Shown: one piece after another, positions 56,667 through 64,000 of the stretch
How positions within the stretch are numbered: position 1 is the first letter of the stretch
Layout: each line of letters opens with the position of its first letter
Assembly (NCBI GenBank): GCA_028699085.1
Contig: JAQVVF010000001.1
Location: 28,333-92,332, forward strand
DNA length: 64,000 bases
Origin: Patescibacteria group bacterium
GTDB taxonomy: Bacteria; Patescibacteriota; JABMPQ01; JAQVVF01
Direction of reading: 5' to 3'
The notes under the pieces: generated by a model
Databases searched by the model: none
Told to the model about the DNA's origin: nothing
What the model saw: only the letters and a program-made list of their open reading frames with translations
Made by a program: the position numbers and the translations under genes

Positions 56667-58007
56667 TTAATATTTTAAAATTTTTGATCCTTTTTCAGTA
56701 TCTTCTACTTCATATCCTAACTTTATAATTTCTTTTCTCAGTTCGTCAGCTTTTTGCCAATCTTTATTCTTTCTTGCATTTTCACGTTCTTTAACAAGTT
56801 TCAAAACTTCTTCAGGAATTATGATCTCATCAACTTTATTTAGATTTAAACCTAATACTTTATCAAAATCAATCAGAGTAGCTTTTTTGTCAGAATCATC
56901 TAAACCAGATTTCAATAATTCCCAAACAATCGTTAAAGCTTTTGGCATATCCAAATCATTATTGATCGCTTCCAAAAATTTTTCTTTATATTCTTTAGAA
57001 ATTTCGCCAGAATCTTTAAAATCTTTAATTCTTTCGCAAAGTTTATTCAAAGAATTTTTAGCAGACTTTAAACCAGACCAATTAAAATTTAATTTTGTTC
57101 TATAATGTGCTTGCAAACATAAATATCTAAAATCAAGAGGGGAAAAGAATTCTTTTTCAAGATCTTTCAACGTATAAAAGTTATGTAGACTCTTAGACAT
57201 TTTTGCATTATCAACAAGCAAATGTTCACCATGTATAAAATAATTTGCAAAAGGTTTATCTGTTTTAGCTTCTGCTTGAGCAATCTCATTTTCATGATGA
57301 GGAAAAATTAGATCAATTGCTCCGGCATGAATATCTAAAGTATCACCAAGTATATCTTGAGCCATTGTTGAACATTCAATATGCCATCCTGGCCTGCCTT
57401 TTCCTAATTTTGTTTCCCAATAAATTTCGCCGTCATCTTGATCATAACTTTTCCACAAAACAAAGTCAGACAAATTTTCTTTTTCGTAATTATCATGCTT
57501 GACTCTTGCACCAACCTTTAAGCCAGATTTATCAAGCTTTGCTAATTTTCCATAATCTTTGAATTTCTCAATTTTAAAATAGACTGATCCGTCAATTGCT
57601 TTATAAGCAAAGCCTTTATTAATTAATTCTTGAATAAAATCAGCCATTTTCTCAATATATTTTGTGGCATTTGTAATAACATCAGGCTTAATAATGTTTA
57701 AACTTTTTAAATCTTCAAAAAATTTATTTTCAAAATCTTTTGTTAATTTTGCAAATTCTTTTTTATTACCATTTGAAGCTTTAATAGTTTTATCATCAAC
57801 ATCAGTAATATTCATAACGTGTTTGACTTCAAAGCCATCATATAGTAGGACACGTTTTAATAGATCTTCAAAAATGTAAGTTCGAAAATTTCCAATATGG
57901 GCATAATCATAAACTGTTGGCCCGCATGTATATAATCCAACTTCTTTGTCTTTTAGCGGTTTAAATTCCTCAATTTTTCTCGATAATGTATTGTATATTT
58001 TTAGCAT
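56667..58007 (-). CDS. cysS: Cysteinyl-tRNA synthetase
   Basis: Class I HIGH motif (HIGNFRTY), KMSKS motif, and Cys-binding CGPTVYD. Confidence 0.9.
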   Translation of the reverse strand: MLKIYNTLSRKIEEFKPLKDKEVGLYTCGPTVYDYAHIGNFRTYIFEDLLKRVLLYDGFEVKHVMNITDVDDKTIKASNGNKKEFAKLTKDFENKFFEDLKSLNIIKPDVITNATKYIEKMADFIQELINKGFAYKAIDGSVYFKIEKFKDYGKLAKLDKSGLKVGARVKHDNYEKENLSDFVLWKSYDQDDGEIYWETKLGKGRPGWHIECSTMAQDILGDTLDIHAGAIDLIFPHHENEIAQAEAKTDKPFANYFIHGEHLLVDNAKMSKSLHNFYTLKDLEKEFFSPLDFRYLCLQAHYRTKLNFNWSGLKSAKNSLNKLCERIKDFKDSGEISKEYKEKFLEAINNDLDMPKALTIVWELLKSGLDDSDKKATLIDFDKVLGLNLNKVDEIIIPEEVLKLVKERENARKNKDWQKADELRKEIIKLGYEVEDTEKGSKILKY

Positions 58008-58143
58008 AGTAATTTAAAAATAACATTAAATTCAATAATTTTCAAATATAATAGGGAAGGTAAGCAGTCCATCTTGTGTTTTTCAGACAAAAGATTATAA
58101 TATTACAAACAAGTTCTTTCAAACCAAGAAGGAGGAAAAGAAA

Positions 58144-58494
58144 ATGGGACTGATAGTTGGAATCATTGTTGTCATCATACTTATTTTTGGAGTCTTTTTT
58201 GTTCTTGGCGCTGCAATTGGCGGAATCTTAGGAGTTCTTGGCGTTGTCGCTTTGATTTGGATTACCGCTGGATTTATTATTTCCAATACTAAAGAAGGCA
58301 GTATTAGCGCAATAGTTGGTATTATTGCTTTAGTTTTGACTATCCTTTTCTTTTCAACTGGAGCTTGTAAGCATGTATATGTTGCATGCAATAATGTTCC
58401 TTATGGCGTTTTAGATTCCATCAGTCCATTCCCAGGAAAATCAATGGTCTGTAACGGAAAAGTAGTTTGGAGATCAAACGGAAAATGTCCATGA
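58144..58494 (+). CDS. Small membrane protein (116 aa) with a Cys-rich C-terminus, SD GGAGGA
   Basis: Three hydrophobic helices followed by C...C...C...C. A terminator follows at 58524-58554. Confidence 0.4.
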   Translation: MGLIVGIIVVIILIFGVFFVLGAAIGGILGVLGVVALIWITAGFIISNTKEGSISAIVGIIALVLTILFFSTGACKHVYVACNNVPYGVLDSISPFPGKSMVCNGKVVWRSNGKCP

Positions 58495-58523
58495 TAATGG
58501 AATCTTAAAATTTTGCGCAATCA

Positions 58524-58554
58524 AAAACCGGCATTCAATCTACCGGTTTTTTTT
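58524..58554 (+). terminator. Rho-independent terminator AACCGG-N11-CCGGTT plus T8
   Basis: Read directly. Confidence 0.65.
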
Positions 58555-58581
58555 AATATAAATATTTATTTGATATTTTAG

Positions 58582-59988
58582 TTATCTCATGTCTCCACTA
58601 TTTCTAACATCAGCTCTCTTCATCGGCCACCAATTTTTTCCTGATTTATCATAAAAATCAGATAGATTCCAGATATAAACAGAATTATCAGTTAGGCTAG
58701 AAATAACTTCTAGAACCTTATTATTATCAATATCAGATAAAGTTGGATAAGTTAAAAAATTTCCGCCAGAAGATTCCGTCATTAATGGCCAGCTATCTTT
58801 GATAGCATCGCCATTATTTTTCCAAGCATAAATTCTATCATCAGCAGTACCTAAGATTTCGCAACTTCCATCATTATCAACATCAGCTAGATTTACAAAT
58901 TTTATGCCCTTATCAGATTTCTTTGGCCAGCCTTTTATTTCAGCTCCGAAATTACCAAGAACATGAACACCAGATTTATTTGCAAAAGCAATATTTGCAA
59001 TTCCATCGCTATCAATATCTCCAAGTGCAAGATCAGAAACCCCATCTTCATTATTTATTGTTAAAATCTGCTGACCATCTTTTGTATAGACTAAAATACT
59101 ATTTTCTTTCGTGCTTACAATAATATTAGAGTCAGCTTTATTTATAACATTACCTAATACAATTTCCATATCTACAGATTGCGAATTAATTTCCTGCGGA
59201 AATCCAGATAGCATCTGTCCATCTTCTTTTGCCACAAAAAGATTTGTTTTCCCAGATGATAAAGCTGTATAAATAATTTCTGATTTTGTATCATTATTCA
59301 AATCTCCAGAAGCTACTGAAGAATTAATTTTTTCGCCTGTTTCTTTCGGCCAACCAGAAATTATTAAACCATTATCTGAAAGTGCATAAATTATCCTGTC
59401 TCCAAAAGCAATTACTTCCATTTTATTATCTGATGTAATATTAGAAATTACAGGAGTATTCTCATTGCCTAAATTGCTCAGAGCTCTTGGCCAGCCTTCA
59501 ATAATTTCAGCATCACCGGAAAAAGCGTATATCGAATTACTTGTTCCAATTATAACATCTAACTTGCCGTCTGCATTCAAGTCAGCAATCGATGGAGTTG
59601 ATTTTCCTAAATATTCATCAATCTTAATAGGCCAATTTGGAACTTCTGATCCGTCATCATTTAGAGCATAAATCAGATGATCGCTTGTGCCAAAAATAAT
59701 TTCTGGTTTTTTGTCCGCATCAATATCGCCAACGGTTGTTCTTGAAGGTATTCCGCTAATACTTCTTGGCCAGCCTGCTTTATAAACCAAAACAGGAAAC
59801 AAATCCTTGATATTTGGACCTTGATTTTTCTTCTTTACAATTGATTGAGGAATGATTGGTTCGTTTTTGTAGGCACCTTTATAAACAGTGTATCCCATTG
59901 CTGCCATCATTGCAGCACCAGCAAATAAAACGCCAATCAAAGTCCCAACACGAACCTTAGTTTTTGTTTGTGTCAGTGTCTCTGGCAT
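58582..59988 (-). CDS. Membrane-anchored FG-GAP/VCBS-repeat beta-propeller protein
   Basis: N-terminal TM helix. Repeated D.D.DG-type FG-GAP motifs (ADLNADGKLDVIIGT, GDLNNDTKSEIIYTA, GDIDSDGIANIAFAN, ADVDNDGSCEILGTA). Confidence 0.55.
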   Translation of the reverse strand: MPETLTQTKTKVRVGTLIGVLFAGAAMMAAMGYTVYKGAYKNEPIIPQSIVKKKNQGPNIKDLFPVLVYKAGWPRSISGIPSRTTVGDIDADKKPEIIFGTSDHLIYALNDDGSEVPNWPIKIDEYLGKSTPSIADLNADGKLDVIIGTSNSIYAFSGDAEIIEGWPRALSNLGNENTPVISNITSDNKMEVIAFGDRIIYALSDNGLIISGWPKETGEKINSSVASGDLNNDTKSEIIYTALSSGKTNLFVAKEDGQMLSGFPQEINSQSVDMEIVLGNVINKADSNIIVSTKENSILVYTKDGQQILTINNEDGVSDLALGDIDSDGIANIAFANKSGVHVLGNFGAEIKGWPKKSDKGIKFVNLADVDNDGSCEILGTADDRIYAWKNNGDAIKDSWPLMTESSGGNFLTYPTLSDIDNNKVLEVISSLTDNSVYIWNLSDFYDKSGKNWWPMKRADVRNSGDMR

Positions 59989-60020
59989 AATTTTTTATTT
60001 AGTTATTTTTTATTTAGTTA

Positions 60021-61136
60021 TTATTCAACGTCCTTGCCAATCCATTCTTCCAATACATCTTTGATATCAATTGCTTTAACTTCAGGAAGTTTTGTTCCAG
60101 CTTTATCTTCTTGTGCTGATAATTGTAACCGTTCAATCTTTTCGTTAATTGCTAATTCTTTCTGTGACAATTTTTTAATCTCAATTTCATCAGTTGATTT
60201 TTCTCTTTTTTGCTGAACATCTGAAAGTGTAGCTTCTAATTGTTTTATTTTTCCAGGAGCATCAATAATCTGTAATCTAACCATAGCTGAAGATTCATCA
60301 ATTAGATCAATAGCTTTATCAGGCAAATATCTATTTTTAATATACTTATCAGATAATTTCGCGGCAGCTTCAATTGCATCAGAAGAAATAATAACTTTAT
60401 GATGATCTTCGTAAACTTTCTTCAAACCATCTAATATTCTTATTGTCATCAAAACATCAGGCGGGTCAACCATTACTGGTTGAAAACGTCTTTCTAAGCT
60501 TGCTTCTGGTTTTATATATTGATTATATTCATCTAACGTTGTTGCACCAACAGCCTGTAAATCGCCGCGAGCTAATGCTGGCTTAATAATATCCGAAGGA
60601 TCCAAAGCTCCTTCAGCGCCTTTTGATTGGACAATTAAATGGACTTCATCAATAAACAATATAATAGTTCTATTGGAAGCTTTAAGCTCATCCATTACTT
60701 TTCTTAACCTTTGTTCAAATTCACCTCTGTATTTTGTTCCTGCAATTAAACTGCTGACATTCAATGCTAGTACTCTTTTATTTTGCAAACTTTCTGGCAC
60801 TTTTTTTTCTACAATTCTTTGCGCTAAACCTTCCACAATTGCCGTTTTTCCAACACCAGCTTTTCCTAATAAAATTGGATTATTTTTAGTTCTTCTAGAT
60901 AATATCTGGGTAATTCTCTCTATTTCCGATTCGCGGTCAATGACAGGATCTAATTTTTTGTCTCTTGCATCAGCTGTAACATCTATAGAATAAGAATCTA
61001 GTATTGGTGTTTTACCTCCGCCAGAGATTTTAGAGCCAGATCCTGGAGACCTTTTAAATCGATCGCGATTTAGCCAAATTAAATAAGCAATCGCTACAAC
61101 AACTAAAAAAATAATTGCCCATATGCTTGTCGTCAT
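60021..61136 (-). CDS. Membrane-anchored AAA+ ATPase corresponding to the ClpB/ClpC first nucleotide-binding domain (NBD1) plus the start of the middle domain. There is no NBD2
   Basis: N-terminal TM helix. Strong collinear similarity to ClpB NBD1 (NPILLGKAGVGKTAIVEGLAQRIV, ILFIDEVH, GATTLDEYNQYIKPEASLERRFQPV, LPDKAIDLIDE). The ORF ends after the coiled-coil start. Confidence 0.6.
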   Translation of the reverse strand: MTTSIWAIIFLVVVAIAYLIWLNRDRFKRSPGSGSKISGGGKTPILDSYSIDVTADARDKKLDPVIDRESEIERITQILSRRTKNNPILLGKAGVGKTAIVEGLAQRIVEKKVPESLQNKRVLALNVSSLIAGTKYRGEFEQRLRKVMDELKASNRTIILFIDEVHLIVQSKGAEGALDPSDIIKPALARGDLQAVGATTLDEYNQYIKPEASLERRFQPVMVDPPDVLMTIRILDGLKKVYEDHHKVIISSDAIEAAAKLSDKYIKNRYLPDKAIDLIDESSAMVRLQIIDAPGKIKQLEATLSDVQQKREKSTDEIEIKKLSQKELAINEKIERLQLSAQEDKAGTKLPEVKAIDIKDVLEEWIGKDVE

Positions 61137-61269
61137 ATAAATTTTATTTTAATTTTAAAAATTGATAGCCAACTAACTATAAAAACATTATATAACAAAT
61201 TATTAAAAAATAAAAATATTTGTTGCATTTTAAAAATATGCTATTATAACAATAAGTTAATCTTTACCC

Positions 61270-61737
61270 ATGATAAAAAACATACAAGAAAAAACTCCAC
61301 AAGGAAAAGAGCCTCAAGATGTAGAATCAGAAATCGAAAGGTTAAAAAGAGATTTAGCAGAAAAGGAAAAAGCTCTCAAGGAACAAAAAGAAATAAAACC
61401 AGAAGCAGAAACGCTCAAGCCAGAAAAACAGGAGCAAGAAGAAGTTACAAAAGCTGAAGAAAAAAAGGAAACCTCAGAAGCGCCTAAAAAAGAAAAAGCA
61501 CCAGAACAATTATCTCCAAGAATGAATGATCCTGAAATTTTAAAAGAACTAACCGAACTTAAAGAATCAGGACAACCGAGGCAAGTCATTGAGCTTGCTT
61601 ATCTTGCTTTTGAAAAGGGTACTTCCTATGCGCTTGATATTGCTAACAAAACAAAAGATCCTTCTATTATTGCGGGATTTCGTGGTATACTAACTAGTAA
61701 GTTGGGCGAAAGATTAAAAGAAAAAAACAAACTTTAA
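61270..61737 (+). CDS. Hypothetical K/E-rich protein (155 aa), immediately upstream of the fused membrane-ATPase gene
   Basis: ORF with a charged low-complexity N-terminal half. The 4-nt gap to the next gene suggests an operon. Confidence 0.35.
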   Translation: MIKNIQEKTPQGKEPQDVESEIERLKRDLAEKEKALKEQKEIKPEAETLKPEKQEQEEVTKAEEKKETSEAPKKEKAPEQLSPRMNDPEILKELTELKESGQPRQVIELAYLAFEKGTSYALDIANKTKDPSIIAGFRGILTSKLGERLKEKNKL

Positions 61738-61741
61738 AAAA

Positions 61742-64000
61742 TGCAAAATCAAATCGAAAACATAACTAGTTCTATAAACGAGTCGTATCTTGGCATTATT
61801 TTTATTACTGCAGTTTTTCTTGTCGGAATATTATTAATTATCAGCTTATTAAAAATAATGCGAAAAAGGAATATTATTCCACATTCTTTGAATATGGTTA
61901 CTTTGCTAATTTCTGTCCCAAGAGAAGTCAAGCAAGTTACAGAAGAAGCAAAAAAAGAAGAAAAAGAAATGATTTCAATCGCAGAAACAATGTTTGCTAA
62001 TATCTATTCTATTGAAACTGCGTCGAATGGTTTGATGTCTGGACTCTATGGAAAAGAATATGTTTCTTTTGAAATAGTCGCCATTAACGGTGAGATTCGT
62101 TTTTATGTCTCTACTCCGAAAAGATTGCAGGATTATATTGAAAAGACAATTCATTCTCAATATCCGAAAGCCTATATTTCCGAAGAAGGCGAGTACAATG
62201 TGTTTAAACCCAAAAGTCAAGTTAGGGGTGTTATGCTTGTAACTGAAAAACAAAACTATTTGCCATTTAAAACATATCAAACAATAGAAACCGATCCTCT
62301 GAATGCTATTACAAATGCATTAAGCAAATTAGATGAAAAAACAGAAGGGGCAGCAATTCAATATTTAATTAGACCAGCTGGAAAAAAATGGATGAAAAAA
62401 GGTCCTCATATTGCTAGAGAAATGCAACGCGGAAAAACTTATGAATATGCATCAGCAAGCCTTTTAGGCAAACTTTTTAAAAGAAAAGAAGAAGGCAAAT
62501 CTAGTGTCCTAGAGCAAGCAGTGTTGCCTGGAGCTTCAGAACAACAAATGTCTGGAGGAGCGCCAATGCTTTCTCCGATGATTCAAGAACAAATTAAAGC
62601 TTTGGAAGTAAAATCTTCTAAGCTTGGTTTTGAAACAAATATTAGAATTATTTCCTCATCAGATTTAGATACAAAAGCAGAAGCAAATTTAAGAAATATT
62701 GTCGGCGCTTTTACAGAATATACGGATCCAAACCTGAACAAATTTGTTGAAAAGAAATTGAATGTTCAGAAACTAATTCAGGCTTTCATTTTTCGCACTT
62801 TTGACGAAAAAAGAAAAAGCATTTTGAACACTGAAGAATTAGCATCTGTATTCCATTTGCCGACAAAATTTGCCGAAACACCAAATATTCATTGGCTATT
62901 AGCAAGAGATGCTCCGGCTCCACATAATGTTCCTAAAGAAGGATTATTATTAGGTAAAAACACATTTCGAGGTATCGAAACACCTATTCGGATTAAAGAT
63001 GATGATCGAAGAAGACACATGTATATTATTGGCCAAACTGGTGTTGGTAAATCAAACTTTTTACAAAACATGATTGTTCAAGATATTAAAGATGGCAAAG
63101 GTCTTTGCGTTGTTGATCCACATGGAGATTTAGTTGAAAGTGTCTTGCCATTTATTCCAAAAGAAAGAGTTGATGATATTATTCTTTTTGAACCTTTTGA
63201 TGTTAATCGACCGATGGGCTTAAATATGCTTGAATTTAAAACTGAAGACCAAAAAGATTTTGCTGTCCAGGAAATGATGCAAATTTTTTACAAACTATTT
63301 CCGCCAGAAATGATTGGCCCAATGTTCGAGCATCAAATGAGAAATGTCATGCTGACATTAATGGCTGACAAAGAAAATCCTGGAACTTTAGCCGAAATTC
63401 CAAGAATGTTCACAGATAATGAATATGCCAAAGAATGGATTGAAAAATTGAAAGATCCTGTTGTTAAAGCTTTTTGGGAGAAAGAAATGGCAAAGACTTC
63501 AGATTTTCACAAATCAGAAATGCTTGGTTATCTAATTTCTAAAGTTGGTCGTTTTGTTGAAAATGAAATGATGAGAAATATAATTGGCCAAAGCCATTCT
63601 TCTTTTGATCTTAGAAAAATCATGGATGAGGGTAAAGTCTTGCTTGTAAATTTATCAAAAGGAAAAATTGGTGAAACAAATTCTTCTTTATTAGGCTTAA
63701 TTATTGTTTCTAAAATTCAGATGGCAGCTTATTCACGTGCTGATATTCCAGAATCAGAAAGAAAAGACTTTTATTTATACGTTGATGAGTTCCAAAATTT
63801 TGCTACCGACAGTTTTGCTTCAATATTATCCGAAGCCAGAAAATACAGACTTAATTTAATCGTCGCTCACCAATATGTTAAACAGCTTGAAGAGAAGATC
63901 AGAGATGCTGTCTTTGGAAATGTCGGTACTTTTACTGCATTTCGTGTTGGTGTAGAGGATGCTGAGATTGTCGCCAAAGAGCTTGAACCTGTTTTTACAG
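61742..64000 (+). CDS. Fused single-TM membrane domain plus TraD/VirD4-like P-loop ATPase (partial, runs off the window end)
   Basis: Hand-translated open frame from the ATG at 61742 with no stop to 64000. The N-terminal 430 aa is paralogous to the 9406 protein. The C-terminal part is paralogous to the 10711 ATPase (DDRRRHMYIIGQTGVGKS, VVDPHGD, LYVDEFQNF, AHQY). Confidence 0.6.

Noticed and set aside
1-64000. Prophage, integrase, transposase, restriction-modification or toxin-antitoxin modules
   Set aside because: No ORF shows integrase/transposase catalytic motifs (R..H..R..Y, DDE), methyltransferase motifs, or paired small TA genes. The GC-richer genes are isolated single genes, not a contiguous island.

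Overview
This is an AT-rich (about 30% GC by eye), gene-dense bacterial chromosome segment whose gene content looks like a reduced-genome Patescibacteria/CPR-type organism (inference from composition and gene set). It uses standard code 11: full-length dnaK, rpoA and the aaRS genes have no internal TGA.

The core content is housekeeping:
- a heat-shock block hrcA-grpE-hsp20-dnaK-dnaJ with a near-consensus CIRCE operator upstream of hrcA;
- tRNA-Lys(UUU);
- mnmA, alaS, infA-rpmJ-rpsM-rpsK-rpsD-rpoA-rplQ, rplM-rpsI, murA, frr, rseP, proS, folD, greA, lysS, rdgB, cutA, serS, alr, murI, ybaB-recR, dnaB, cysS and rplU;
- two mreB paralogs, one followed by mreC-mreD-mrdA, plus a MraY/WecA-family transferase.

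Most core genes have no Shine-Dalgarno sequence but sit behind near-consensus sigma70 promoters (TTGACA-N17-TATAAT).

Observations worth a second look:
1. A GC-richer, roughly 80-nt imperfect hairpin element occurs twice, once 40 nt upstream of tRNA-Lys and once abutting the lysS start codon.
2. lysS carries a C-terminal HD-phosphohydrolase domain fusion.
3. Two paralogous loci pair a 430-aa single-TM membrane domain with a TraD/VirD4-like P-loop ATPase. They are separate genes at 9.4-12.2 kb, preceded by a sigma70-region-4 + HARE-HTH protein, and fused into one ORF at 61.7 kb onward, which runs off the window.
4. About nine GC-richer genes scattered through the window, all led by strong GGAGG Shine-Dalgarno sites, contrast with the SD-less core. 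They include a REC / pseudo-REC pair with a G8 tract at the RBS, two small-protein genes with their own promoter and terminator, and a gene beside tRNA-Lys.
5. Several families of long imperfect palindromes fill the intergenic regions, including a roughly 130-nt structured element present in three copies.
6. A membrane-anchored ClpB NBD1-only ATPase.

No CRISPR array, rRNA, integrase or transposase was seen.
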